From positions 32,614 through 96,613 of the forward strand of contig JBBIJY010000011.1 in the NCBI GenBank assembly GCA_037445735.1: a DNA stretch of 64,000 nucleotides, in the 5' to 3' direction. The stretch's first letter is position 1; the number at the start of each line of letters is the position of its first letter. The DNA comes from Armatimonadota bacterium (GTDB lineage: Bacteria > Armatimonadota > Fimbriimonadia > Fimbriimonadales > GBS-DC). This document shows, in pieces, positions 20,747 to 30,604 of the stretch. Below the pieces are notes generated by a model. That model ran no database searches, was not told the origin of the DNA, and worked only from the letters and a program-made list of their open reading frames with translations. Both the position numbers and the translations under genes were made by a program.

Positions 20747-21903
20747 AGCAGCTGCGCCCTGTGCGCCGCCTGCTGAAGGTCGCGGATCAAATCATCGGGA
20801 TGCTCCAGCCCGACATAGAGGCGGAAGAACCAGGGGCGCATGCCCTGTTCATTGGGTTCGCCCTCTGCCCAGCCGATCATGAGGCTCTCGTGCCCGCCCC
20901 AGCTGGGACCAAATCGGAACAGGCGCAGGTGGTCGGTGAAGGTGTAGGCTTGCTCGTCGGTGATGGGAACCGTACGCAGGCTGAACAGGCTGCCGTAGCC
21001 GCGCATCTGGCGCTGAGCCAGCGCGTGCTGGGGATGCGTCGGCAGACCCGGATGGTTCACCTGCGCCACAAACGGCTGCTCGGCGAGCCAGCGGGCAACC
21101 TGCAGACCGCTCTGCTGGAGGCGCTCCATGCGAACGGCGAGCGTGCGCAGGCCGCGAATCAGCAGCCACGCGCTGAACGGCTCCAGTATGCTGCCAATCA
21201 GCTCGCGCGTGCGGGCGACCGCCTGCAGCCGCTCCGCGCGACCTGCCACCACGCCCGCAATCAGATCGCTGTGCCCGCCCAGATATTTGCTGGCGCTGTG
21301 TAGCACGATATCGATGCCGAGCGCGTGCGGGTTCTGGAAGAGGGGCGTCGCCCAGCTGTTATCGCACAGCGTCAGGATGCCCCGCTCCCGCGCCCAGCTC
21401 GCCACCGCCTGCAAATCCTGCAACTGAAACGAGAGGCTGGTGGGGCTTTCCAGATAGACCAGGCGCGTGTTCGGGCGCCATGCCGCTTCAAACGCTTGCA
21501 GCGCGGTGCCGTCCACAAAGCTGGTCTCGATGCCGAAGCGCATGAGCCACTCAGCGAGCAGCGTGCGCGTGGGCGGATAGACGCTCTCCACACAGATGAC
21601 ATGCTCGCCCGCCCGCACAAAGGTGAGGATCGCGGCGGAGATGGCTCCCATGCCAGAGGCGAACAGCAGGGCGCGTTCGGTGCCCTCCAGGGCAGCGATT
21701 TTGCGCTCCGCCAGCTCCACCGTCGGGTTCGACACGCGCGAGTAGAAGTAGATGCCCTCCTGCTGGGCGCTGGCGTGGCGCTCGCGCAGGGTGCGTGCCG
21801 TGAAGAGCGAAGTTTGAACCAGTGGGGGCACGACCGCGCCGTAGGGGAACGGCTCCTCCTCGCCCAGATGCTGAATCAGCGTCGCCAGATGCTTGTCATG
21901 CAT
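20743..21903 (-). CDS. PLP-dependent trans-sulfuration enzyme (Cys/Met metabolism family)
   Basis: YSRVSNPT, ASGMGAI, DNSWATP and HSASKYLGGHSD motifs. Confidence 0.9.
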   Translation of the reverse strand: MHDKHLATLIQHLGEEEPFPYGAVVPPLVQTSLFTARTLRERHASAQQEGIYFYSRVSNPTVELAERKIAALEGTERALLFASGMGAISAAILTFVRAGEHVICVESVYPPTRTLLAEWLMRFGIETSFVDGTALQAFEAAWRPNTRLVYLESPTSLSFQLQDLQAVASWARERGILTLCDNSWATPLFQNPHALGIDIVLHSASKYLGGHSDLIAGVVAGRAERLQAVARTRELIGSILEPFSAWLLIRGLRTLAVRMERLQQSGLQVARWLAEQPFVAQVNHPGLPTHPQHALAQRQMRGYGSLFSLRTVPITDEQAYTFTDHLRLFRFGPSWGGHESLMIGWAEGEPNEQGMRPWFFRLYVGLEHPDDLIRDLQQAAHRAQLL

Positions 21904-22837
21904 AGCGCGAGTGTACCTGACCGACCAGCACCTGCCAGAAGGTGCGGGCATAGCGGCGGTATCGGGGCACGCGCCCCAGCGTCAGCAACACCAGCGCCGA
22001 GCCTGTTAGCCAGCGCAGGAGCGCACCGAGCCGATTGAGCCAGGCACACATCAGCCCCGCCCACCAGCCGTGATGCATGCGGAAGAACCGCTCCTTACCC
22101 CGATTGTAGTACAGCACCATTCGGGCGCGGTCCGGCTCGCCGCTGGCGCCCAGATGGTGAATGAACACGGCATCATGCACATAGAAGATTCGCCCGCCGT
22201 CCCGCCGCAGCCGATAGCACAGGTCGGTGTCCTCGCAGTAGAGGAAGTAGCCCTCATCGAACAGGGGTGGGCTGCCGTCGGGCTGGCGACGCAGCAGCAT
22301 GCATGCGCCCATCACCTGCTCCACCTCGATGGTCGCTTCGAAATCCCATTCGGTGCGCCAGTAGCCGCCGAACAGGCGGGTGCGTGGGAACAGCGTCGCC
22401 AGCCCTGTCTGCTCGCAGAAGACCGCCCACAGGGTCAGCTCGCGGGCGCACGAGGGCTGGATGCGCCCGTCTGGATAGCGCAGTTGACCCCCGCAGGCGG
22501 ACGCTTCGGGATGCGCCTCCATAAACGCCACCAGTCGCTCCAGTGCGCCAGGCGTCGCCCGCACATCGGCGTTCAAAATCAGCAGGTAGCGTCCCTGCGC
22601 CGCCTGCAAGCCCTGATTGCACGCTGCACCGAAGCCCCGATTTTCCGCGTTGGCAATCAGGCGCACCATCGGGAACTCGCGCTGAACCATCTCCGCGCTG
22701 CCATCAGCCGAGGCGTTATCGACCACAATCAGTTCGCACCGAATGCTCTCGCACTGCAGCGATTGCAGGCATTCACGCAGCAGCTCGCGCGTGTTGTAGC
22801 TCACGATAATGATGGAGAGGTCGGGCACAGGCTCCAT
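21896..22837 (-). CDS. Glycosyltransferase family 2
   Basis: IIIVSYN, VVDNASADGS, NRGFGAACNQG, LNAD and FLYCEDTD motifs. Confidence 0.92.
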   Translation of the reverse strand: MEPVPDLSIIIVSYNTRELLRECLQSLQCESIRCELIVVDNASADGSAEMVQREFPMVRLIANAENRGFGAACNQGLQAAQGRYLLILNADVRATPGALERLVAFMEAHPEASACGGQLRYPDGRIQPSCARELTLWAVFCEQTGLATLFPRTRLFGGYWRTEWDFEATIEVEQVMGACMLLRRQPDGSPPLFDEGYFLYCEDTDLCYRLRRDGGRIFYVHDAVFIHHLGASGEPDRARMVLYYNRGKERFFRMHHGWWAGLMCAWLNRLGALLRWLTGSALVLLTLGRVPRYRRYARTFWQVLVGQVHSRYA

Positions 22838-22845
22838 GCTCGCGT

Positions 22846-24381
22846 TCAGTCGTGGAGGGATTGCTCGCTCAGTCGCAGTGCTTCGTCCAGCTCGCGCATC
22901 GCTTCCGCGCGCAGCAGGGTCGCGTTCTCCAGGTCTTCCGCTTTACGGAACAGCAGGTAGCGCGCCATCTGCTGGGACGCCTGAGCCATCAGCTGCGCTC
23001 CGAACTGCAGGTGAGCGAGCGCGTCGCGGCTCTTCTCGTCGGGCTGGAGTCGCGCCAGCCATGCGCCGCTATCCAGCGCCCGCACGACGATTCGCTCGCC
23101 CCGCTCCCGCAGTGCTTTCCAGTCGGGCGCAGGGTCGCTCGCCAGCCGCCGCAGGTCTAACAGCTCGGCGGAAAGGTCATTCAGGATACCCTTTGCCACG
23201 AACAGCAGCATGGGCAGCTGGTCATGGCTGAGCGGGATGGGCGTTCGGTCAGGCTCAAACTGGCGGCGGACGCCCTGCAGCAGATAGAGGCGCCAGCGCA
23301 GCCCCTCACCCGCACCCTCTCCCCAGAGGGGAGAGGGGGTTCGCTCAGAGTGCAGCAGGCTCTTGAGGGTCGCCTCCGCGCCGTCGAAGTCGCCCGCGAG
23401 CAGCTGGAAATCGAACAGGGTGAGCGCGAGCGTGAGCGCGGCGCGGGCGTCCTGAACGCTCTGACGCGCCTGCTGCAGCACGCGAATGGCGTCGTCGATC
23501 CGACCCTGCTCGCGCATGAGGCGTGCCCACATCAGCAGGAGCGCCTCTTCATGGGGCATCAGCTGCATCGCGCGCTCGCACTCTTCCAGCGCGGCGTTGT
23601 TCAGCCCCAGCCGCTGATAGAGTTCGATCAGGCGCAGGCGCGCTTCGGCATCGAGCGGGTTCTGATTGACCCGCGCACGCAGCAGGGGCAACGCCTCACT
23701 CAGTCGCCCTTCCCGAATCAGCTGCTCCACCGAAGTAGCAGGCGCATCCTGCGCCTGAACTGACTCCCGACGGCGCTCCGCCTGAAGCGGGCTTTCTGGC
23801 ATGGTTGGCAGGTTCTGCCACACCTCGCTGTTGAGGCGCAGGACGAGCGTGCGAGCCAGCGAGCGCAGCGTGGCGTCGAAAGGCGCGGAGTCGCGGCTCG
23901 CCACCTGATGGTTGCCCGACGCCTGCCACAGCGGCGTGCGCCGACCTGTCTGCCACACCTCCACCGAATAGGTGACGGTGAGAGCAGCGGCAGGGGCGGA
24001 AGGTGGTTCGCCCGCTCGCTCTTTTGGGCGCGTGCAGCGGGCAATCAGCAGGTATGAAGCCTCCCACGCGCGGGCGATACGCAGCAGCAGCGCGGTGTCG
24101 GGCGCGTTAAGCGACTTCGGATCGACCCGATGTTCATTTGCAAATCGCTGAACGGTTGGATGATTCGGGGCGTAGACCGCCACTTCCAGCTTGCGCAGAG
24201 CTTTCAGTTCCGCTGTGAGCGCAGGGATCAGGTCAAGGTTGGGATTGTAGCCCTCCTGTGAGGGTTCCTGCAGCTGGGCGATGAGCAGGAGCGGGCGCTG
24301 GGGTTGGGCGTTCTGTGGCATGCTGAAGCCAGGCTCCAGCAATAGCGCTATTGCCATCAGCCACAGGACAGCTATTCGCAT
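22846..24381 (-). CDS. Secreted TPR-repeat protein
   Basis: Signal peptide and helical TPR-like repeats; carries an in-frame palindromic repeat insert. Confidence 0.75.
   Translation of the reverse strand: MRIAVLWLMAIALLLEPGFSMPQNAQPQRPLLLIAQLQEPSQEGYNPNLDLIPALTAELKALRKLEVAVYAPNHPTVQRFANEHRVDPKSLNAPDTALLLRIARAWEASYLLIARCTRPKERAGEPPSAPAAALTVTYSVEVWQTGRRTPLWQASGNHQVASRDSAPFDATLRSLARTLVLRLNSEVWQNLPTMPESPLQAERRRESVQAQDAPATSVEQLIREGRLSEALPLLRARVNQNPLDAEARLRLIELYQRLGLNNAALEECERAMQLMPHEEALLLMWARLMREQGRIDDAIRVLQQARQSVQDARAALTLALTLFDFQLLAGDFDGAEATLKSLLHSERTPSPLWGEGAGEGLRWRLYLLQGVRRQFEPDRTPIPLSHDQLPMLLFVAKGILNDLSAELLDLRRLASDPAPDWKALRERGERIVVRALDSGAWLARLQPDEKSRDALAHLQFGAQLMAQASQQMARYLLFRKAEDLENATLLRAEAMRELDEALRLSEQSLHD
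23302..23339. repeat. CCCTCACCC..CCCTCTCCC..GGGAGAGGG palindromic repeat, in-frame within a CDS
   Basis: Encodes TPSPLWGEGAGEG on the minus strand; matches copies at 30946-31163 and 52016-52103. Confidence 0.8.
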
Positions 24382-25568
24382 AGTTTCAGCCCCTGCTCAC
24401 AGGCGCGAATGCCCTCGCGTGCGGCGTCCCCATTGGTCCCGCGCTGAATCTCCTGCTGATAGGCTTGAATCGCCAGCTGGAAGTGGGCACGGGCGTTCGT
24501 TTTATCATCCAGTCGCAGGTAGCAGATGGCAATCTGCTGGTGCACCTCGCCCTGCGAGGGCGCGGTCGGCAGCGCCTGCTCGTAGTATCGGATGGCTTCG
24601 CGGTAGTTGCCCGCCATCTGGTGGCGGCGCGCGATCTCCAGCGGGTTCTCATCCGACGGGTTCGATGGCTGAGCAGGTGACTCACCCTTCTGCACGCGGA
24701 TGTCGTACACGCCCTGATCGGGATTTTCGCGCACTTCGACATCGGGCATGATGTTGTCGTTCTGGGCGCCGGGCGTGGCGGCGGGGTTGCTATTTTGGGG
24801 CGGGTTTGCTGGGGAGGCGGGACTGGTGCTGCTGGGCGCAGGCAGGGTCGGGATGGCGCCGCGGGGTGTGGGGCGCGTGCTTTCAGGCGCAGGCGCGAGC
24901 GCCAGTCGTGACGGGTCGACCATCACGGGCGGCACGCCTTCAGCGCTCGCCGATTCCGACGGCGCAGGCGGTGGAGGCGAAGCAACAGCCGCCTGCGAAT
25001 TCGCGACGGGTTCCGCTGGCGAAGGCGCCGACGCAACGGGTGTCGGCTGGGCAGGCGCCGGGTGAGGCGTGCTGAGGCGCAGGATCATCATCAGCCCGAT
25101 CAGCAGCACCACGCCCGCGCCGATGAACGCGAGCAGCGTCGGCAACACTTCCACCCACAGCGGGCGGGGGCTGACGGGCGCGTAGCGCACCGCCGCGCGG
25201 GGCTGACGCCGCAGCGAATCGAGCTTCAGGCGCTCCGACACGCTCAGCGGGTTCAGCTGCACCACCCGCTCATAGGTCTCTATCGCCTGTTCGAGCTGTC
25301 CGCGCTTCTCGTGCAGGAGCGCTTTGAGCGAGAGCGCGGGCAGCAGTTGCGGGTCGAACGCGAGCGCGCCCTCGCACGCCAGCAGCGCCTCTTCATAGCG
25401 CCCCTGCTCGTGCAGGCTCATCGCCTCGCGCAATAACCGCTCCGCCTGCAACCGTTTCCAGCCGGGCGTTTCGCCCTGCTCCACCGGGGCACCGCAATAG
25501 GCGCAGTAGCGTGCCCCGTCCTCTACCGGATGCTCACAGCGCATGCACACCATCGCCCCGAACCCCAT
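24372..25568 (-). CDS. Zinc-ribbon + TPR + TM + Pro-rich linker + TPR membrane protein
   Basis: CMRC...CAYCG; TPR repeats on both sides of a single TM helix. Confidence 0.8.
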   Translation of the reverse strand: MGFGAMVCMRCEHPVEDGARYCAYCGAPVEQGETPGWKRLQAERLLREAMSLHEQGRYEEALLACEGALAFDPQLLPALSLKALLHEKRGQLEQAIETYERVVQLNPLSVSERLKLDSLRRQPRAAVRYAPVSPRPLWVEVLPTLLAFIGAGVVLLIGLMMILRLSTPHPAPAQPTPVASAPSPAEPVANSQAAVASPPPPAPSESASAEGVPPVMVDPSRLALAPAPESTRPTPRGAIPTLPAPSSTSPASPANPPQNSNPAATPGAQNDNIMPDVEVRENPDQGVYDIRVQKGESPAQPSNPSDENPLEIARRHQMAGNYREAIRYYEQALPTAPSQGEVHQQIAICYLRLDDKTNARAHFQLAIQAYQQEIQRGTNGDAAREGIRACEQGLKLCE

Positions 25569-25661
25569 CGCCCTTATTGTACCTGCATTTTGGACTGCTT
25601 CTGCAGGGCATGGGTTTCGGTCGCCATCAGGTACAATCGCTTACACGGGAGGTGAAGTGCA

Positions 25662-26366
25662 ATGGCAACGCGCATCAAATGGTTCGGACACGCGACCTTT
25701 CTCGTGGAATCGCCTCAGGGCAAGCATATTCTGATCGACCCGTGGGTGTACGGCAACCCTGCCTGCCCCGAAAGCGAGAAGACGCTCCCGAAAGTGGACC
25801 TGATGCTCATCACGCACGGGCACTCGGACCATTTCGGGGACGCGGTGCGCATCGCGCGGCAGTTCTCGCCCACCATCATGTGCATCTATGAAATCTATCT
25901 GCATCTCAGTCGGCATGGGGTGCAGTCGGTGCAGCCGATGAACAAGGGCGGCACGGCGTACCACGAGGGAATTGCCGTCACGATGGTGAACGCCTTCCAC
26001 AGCAGCGGGCTGGACGAGGGCGGTCAGGTTCACTATGCGGGCGATCCCGTCGGCTTCGTCATTCGGCTTGAAGATGGGCTGACCCTCTATCACGCGGGCG
26101 ACACCTGCCTGTTCGGCGATATGCGCCTGATTGGCGAGCTGTATCGACCCGATATTGCCATGTTGCCGATTGGCGACCTGTTCACGATGGGACCGCGTGA
26201 AGCCGCCTATGCCATTCGGCTGCTGGGCGTGAAGCGGGTCATCCCGATGCACTGGGGCACTTTCCCGTTGCTCACGGGCACGCCGGAGCAGCTGCGCGAG
26301 TTGACCCGCGATATCGAGGGGCTGGAGATTCTCACGCTGCGCCCGGGCGAGACCATCGCCGTCTGA
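25662..26366 (+). CDS. Metal-dependent hydrolase (MBL fold, UPF0173-like)
   Basis: WFGHA, THGHSDH, YHAGDT and PMHWGTF motifs. Confidence 0.92.
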   Translation: MATRIKWFGHATFLVESPQGKHILIDPWVYGNPACPESEKTLPKVDLMLITHGHSDHFGDAVRIARQFSPTIMCIYEIYLHLSRHGVQSVQPMNKGGTAYHEGIAVTMVNAFHSSGLDEGGQVHYAGDPVGFVIRLEDGLTLYHAGDTCLFGDMRLIGELYRPDIAMLPIGDLFTMGPREAAYAIRLLGVKRVIPMHWGTFPLLTGTPEQLRELTRDIEGLEILTLRPGETIAV

Positions 26367-26829
26367 TGAGCCAGGCGGCGGTCAGCACGCCAAGCGCGTC
26401 GATCAGCACATCGAGCCCGTTCGCGGTGCGACCGGGCACGAAGTGCTGGTGGAACTCATCCAGCATCGCATAGAGGATGCTGGTGACGATTGCCCAGCGC
26501 AGTGCCGGCTGGCGCGCATAGCCCAGCCCGCCCCTGAACGCCCAGTAGCCCAGCAGCATCAGGATGGCATACTCGGTGAAGTGCGCCAGCTTGCGCACCG
26601 CGAAGTTCAGCGCCTCCACCTGGCTTTCGGTGAGCCGTTGCGCCAGTGCGGGGAACCAGTGTGCCAGCACCGCCTCCAGCAGCGACGCCGTGCGCTGACC
26701 GCTCCAGTCGACGGATGAGAAGTGAAAAATCAGCCCCATCCAGAGCAGGTAACAGACGATGGGGATGATTCGTCTGTGCAGGGCGATGCGGGCGCGGGCG
26801 CCGCGCCCGTACGGCGGCGTGGCTTTCAT
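26332..26829 (-). CDS. VanZ family membrane protein
   Basis: RKLAHFTEYAIL and DEFHQHFVPGR...DVLID motifs. Confidence 0.9.
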   Translation of the reverse strand: MKATPPYGRGARARIALHRRIIPIVCYLLWMGLIFHFSSVDWSGQRTASLLEAVLAHWFPALAQRLTESQVEALNFAVRKLAHFTEYAILMLLGYWAFRGGLGYARQPALRWAIVTSILYAMLDEFHQHFVPGRTANGLDVLIDALGVLTAAWLIRRRWSRPGAA

Positions 26830-27644
26830 CGGGCGAACTCCTTCCACAGGGGCGATAAACCAGCCACCAGCCCAAACAGCAGGGCAGCCACCAGCGCGAC
26901 CGCGGCGCCGGGCGGAATCGGCAGCCATAAGGCTGTCCCGAAACCCGCTACCAGACAGAGTCCGCCGATAAGGGCGCTGGTCACCCGCATGGCGCGGAAG
27001 CTCCCACAGAGCGTGCGGGCAGTCGCCGCTGGCAGGATAAGCAGCGCGCTGATCGGCAGGATGCCCACCGCCCGAATGCCGACCGCCACCATCAGCGCCA
27101 GCCCCACCAGAAAGAGCGTCTCCACCGTCTGCACGGGCACGCCCTGTGCCTGCGCCAGCTCGCGATGGAAGCCGATCCGTATCAGCGGGCGCGTCAGCAA
27201 CAGCAGCATCGCCGCGCCGATACAATCTGCGCCGAGCAGTCGCCACAGATCGCCCCGCTCAATCGCTAACAAATCGCCGAACAGCAACGCGCTTAGCGGC
27301 AACGGCACCTCCAGCAGGCTGACCAGCGCAATCCCCGTTGCCGACACGCTCGTGATGGCGACCACCAGCACCACATCGGGTGGTAGACCCGTGCGCTGTT
27401 GAAACCATGCAATCACGAGGGCGAACAGGGGCGCCACGAGCAGGAGCGCCGCGCCCATCTGCCAGCCCAGCCACGCCGCCAGCGCCGCGCCCAGAAACGC
27501 CGAGTGGGCAATCGCGTCCCCCAGATAGGTCACCCGCTGACCCACCACATACACGCCCAGCACGGGATACACCGCTGTTAGCAAAACCATCGCCAGCAGT
27601 GCATTCCATACAAAATCGAACGCCAGCCACTCTGTCCAGCCCAT
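26826..27644 (-). CDS. znuB: Zn/Mn ABC transporter permease
   Basis: GDAIAHSAFLG, LLFGDLLA and LLILPAATAR motifs. Confidence 0.88.
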   Translation of the reverse strand: MGWTEWLAFDFVWNALLAMVLLTAVYPVLGVYVVGQRVTYLGDAIAHSAFLGAALAAWLGWQMGAALLLVAPLFALVIAWFQQRTGLPPDVVLVVAITSVSATGIALVSLLEVPLPLSALLFGDLLAIERGDLWRLLGADCIGAAMLLLLTRPLIRIGFHRELAQAQGVPVQTVETLFLVGLALMVAVGIRAVGILPISALLILPAATARTLCGSFRAMRVTSALIGGLCLVAGFGTALWLPIPPGAAVALVAALLFGLVAGLSPLWKEFAR

Positions 27645-27646
27645 CG

Positions 27647-28366
27647 CTAATGCTCCTGATGCTCGTACACCGACACGGGATGCCCGTACAGCTCGTCCAG
27701 CAGGGGCATCTGCAGCACTTCCTGCGGCGTGCCCGTGCAGAGAACGCGATGATGAATGCACACCACGCGCGTGGCGTAGCGGCTCACGATGCTCAGATCG
27801 TGCGACACGATCAGCGCGCCCACCTGTCGCTGTGCCCGCTGCTGCTCGATCAGGTCATAAAACCGCAGGCGCACGCCCACATCGATGCCGGTGGCGGGTT
27901 CGTCCAAAAGCAGCAGGCGCGGCTGACGGGCGATGGCGGCGGCAATCACCACCCGCTGCAGCTCGCCGCCTGAAAGCGCGCGCACCTCGCGATGGAGCAG
28001 GTGCTCCGCATCCACCGCCTGCAGCACCGCCGTCAGCTCGGGGACCCGCCTGTCGAGCATCGCCTGCAACAGTTCCGAGACCAGCAGGGGCATCGTGCGG
28101 TCGAACTGGAGCGCCTGCGGCACATAGCCAATCAGGGCACGGTCGGCGGGCGTCAGCTGCGCGGGCGGTTTGCCCAGCACGCGCACCTCACCACGCTGAT
28201 AGGGCAGCAGTCCCAGCGCCACACGCAACAGCGTTGTCTTGCCCGCGCCGTTGGGACCGATCAGGGCGACCAGCTCGCCCGCCGCCACCTGCAGCGAGAC
28301 GCGCTCCAGCACCCATCGCCCGCCGAGCGCCACGCTCAGGTCGGAAACCTCCAGAAGGTTCTCCAT
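27647..28366 (-). CDS. znuC: Zn/Mn ABC transporter ATP-binding protein
   Basis: GPNGAGKTT, GYVPQ, LSGGELQR, LDEP; His-containing tail. Confidence 0.9.
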   Translation of the reverse strand: MENLLEVSDLSVALGGRWVLERVSLQVAAGELVALIGPNGAGKTTLLRVALGLLPYQRGEVRVLGKPPAQLTPADRALIGYVPQALQFDRTMPLLVSELLQAMLDRRVPELTAVLQAVDAEHLLHREVRALSGGELQRVVIAAAIARQPRLLLLDEPATGIDVGVRLRFYDLIEQQRAQRQVGALIVSHDLSIVSRYATRVVCIHHRVLCTGTPQEVLQMPLLDELYGHPVSVYEHQEH

Positions 28367-28380
28367 CGGCTGTTATGGGT

Positions 28381-29187
28381 CTATTTCGGACGCGGCTCCT
28401 CGTACATCGCAAAGGCATTATGGTTATGGATCGACTCAATCGATTCGCACTCGGCGCGGAACCAGCGCAGTTCGTCCCGCGCGTGCAGGCGCAGCACCAG
28501 CTCGCGCACCACATCCTCCACGAAGCGCGGCGTCTGATAGCTCCGCTCCGTGACGAACTTCTCATCGGGTCGCTTCAGCACGGGGTAGACCAGCGCGCTG
28601 ACCGATTCGGCAATCAGTGGCAGGTACTCATCGGGCAGTAAGAGCGTACGCTCCTTCGTCTGCAGCCAGAGGCGCACGATGGCACGCTGATTGTGCGCCC
28701 CGAAATCGGCAATCGCTTTACTGCAGGGGCAGAGCGTCATCACAGGCACTTCAAAGAAGCTGGTGCCGCAGGAGGCGCCGTTATTGAGTTGCGCGTCCCA
28801 TTCGACAGTGATGTCGAGCCAGCCTGCGACGCCTGTAACAGGGGCTGGCAGCGGCAGGAAATAGGGGAACCGCAGGCGCAGGTGCGCCCGACGGCTTTTC
28901 AGTCGTTCCTGGGTCAGCTGCAGCAGCTCGCGTACACCGCTGGGCGCCTGCGGTTGCGCTGCCCACTCGTAGAGCGTTTCCACCAGGCGGCTCATGTGCG
29001 TGCCGCGCTGGTTGGCGTCGATATCGACGCTCAGTTCGGCGGTGGCAACCACGGGTTGCTCTGCGCCAGTGGGTGTGATCAGGTGGATGGGCAGGCGCAA
29101 CTCCCGGATGCCCACACATGGTAGCGCGACGCCCCGCGCATCGATCTCCATCGCCACATCGGGCAACTGCTCAAATGCCGATTGCAT
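28381..29187 (-). CDS. folE2: GTP cyclohydrolase IB (Zn-independent)
   Basis: RGTHMSR, TLCPCSK, GAHNQR, KRPDE, FVEDVVR and ESIHNHNA motifs. Confidence 0.93.
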   Translation of the reverse strand: MQSAFEQLPDVAMEIDARGVALPCVGIRELRLPIHLITPTGAEQPVVATAELSVDIDANQRGTHMSRLVETLYEWAAQPQAPSGVRELLQLTQERLKSRRAHLRLRFPYFLPLPAPVTGVAGWLDITVEWDAQLNNGASCGTSFFEVPVMTLCPCSKAIADFGAHNQRAIVRLWLQTKERTLLLPDEYLPLIAESVSALVYPVLKRPDEKFVTERSYQTPRFVEDVVRELVLRLHARDELRWFRAECESIESIHNHNAFAMYEEPRPK

Positions 29188-29217
29188 CTCATCTTTATCA
29201 TACCCCACGCCTGCGGG

Positions 29218-30498
29218 TCAGCTCTCCAGATTCACCGCGGCGAAGGGCTGGACACGCTCGATGCAGGCGCCCAGCGCCCGCAGCTTCTCCTCAAGGCGCT
29301 CGTAGCCCCGATCGATGTGGTAGACCTCGTCGATGGTGGAGGTGCCTTCAGCGGCGAGCGCAGCCAGCACGAGCGCAGCGCCGCCGCGCAGGTCGGTCGC
29401 CCGCACGCGCGCCCCGCGCAACCGCGCCACGCCCCGAATCACGATCGTGCGACCCTCCACCATCAGGTCGGCGCCCATCCGCTGCAGTTCGGGCACATGC
29501 TGCACGCGATTCTCATAGATGGTCTCGTGCACCACTGACGCGCCCTGCGTCAGGGTCAGATAGGCGCACATCGGCTGCTGTAAATCGGTCGGGAAGCCCG
29601 GGTAGGGCAATGTGCGGATGTCCACTGCGCGGAGCGGGTCGTGCGCCTGCACGCGGATCGCGCTTTCGGTCTCCTGCACCTGCACGCCCGATTCGCTCAG
29701 TTTTGCCAGCACCGAGTGGAGATGTTCGGGAATGACGCGCTCGATGGTGACCGCGCCGCGCGTGATGGCGGCGGCAATCGCGAAGGTGCCTGCCTCCAAT
29801 CGGTCGGGAATGACCGCGTACTCAATCTGGCGATTCAGCTGGCGCACGCCTTCGATATAGAGCGTGCTGGTGCCTGCGCCTTCAATTCGCGCTCCTGCCG
29901 CGTTCAGAAAGTTCGCCAGGTTCACCACTTCTGGCTCCATCGCGGCGTTTTCGATGATGGTCAGCCCGTCGGCATAGACCGCAGCGGTCATCAGCTGCTG
30001 GGTGGCGCCCGCGCTGGGCACATCGAGATAGATGCGCGCCCCCTTCAAACGGCTGGCATGGGCGATATAGAGCGTCTCCTGCTCCTGAATCGCGGCGCCG
30101 AGCGCGCGCAGACCGTTCAGATGAAAGTTCACAGGGCGACTACCAATCTGGCAGCCGCCAGGGTGGGGCATGTGGGCATAGCCCATTCGCGCCAGCAGCG
30201 GTCCGAAAATATAGAACGACGCCCGCATGCGGTTCACCAGCTTCGGGTCTGGCTCCGCGCTGGTGAGCGTACTGGTGTCCAGCCGCAGGCTACTTCCCTC
30301 CCGCTCCCACCGCACGCCCAGCCCCTCTAATAGCGCCAGCATCGTCGCCACATCCTCAATCTGAGGCACATTATGCAAAACAACTTCCCCCTCAATCAGC
30401 AGGGAACCCGCCATCAGGGCTAACGCTGCGTTCTTGCTGCCGCTAATCTCCACCGTCCCGCGAAGCGGGGTACCGCCTGTGATGATGTAGCTCTCCAA
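29218..30498 (-). CDS. murA: UDP-N-acetylglucosamine 1-carboxyvinyltransferase
   Basis: [28 protein letters not shown] and DLRGG motifs. Confidence 0.97.
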   Translation of the reverse strand: MESYIITGGTPLRGTVEISGSKNAALALMAGSLLIEGEVVLHNVPQIEDVATMLALLEGLGVRWEREGSSLRLDTSTLTSAEPDPKLVNRMRASFYIFGPLLARMGYAHMPHPGGCQIGSRPVNFHLNGLRALGAAIQEQETLYIAHASRLKGARIYLDVPSAGATQQLMTAAVYADGLTIIENAAMEPEVVNLANFLNAAGARIEGAGTSTLYIEGVRQLNRQIEYAVIPDRLEAGTFAIAAAITRGAVTIERVIPEHLHSVLAKLSESGVQVQETESAIRVQAHDPLRAVDIRTLPYPGFPTDLQQPMCAYLTLTQGASVVHETIYENRVQHVPELQRMGADLMVEGRTIVIRGVARLRGARVRATDLRGGAALVLAALAAEGTSTIDEVYHIDRGYERLEEKLRALGACIERVQPFAAVNLES

Positions 30499-30604
30499 AG
30501 TCGTCTCCTCCTTGCCAGAGTGTGCGCGTCCTGCGCCCGTATTGCATATTATACCCGCATCGCGATGCGCGATGGTCGATATTCGGGTACACTAAGGGTG
30601 CATT

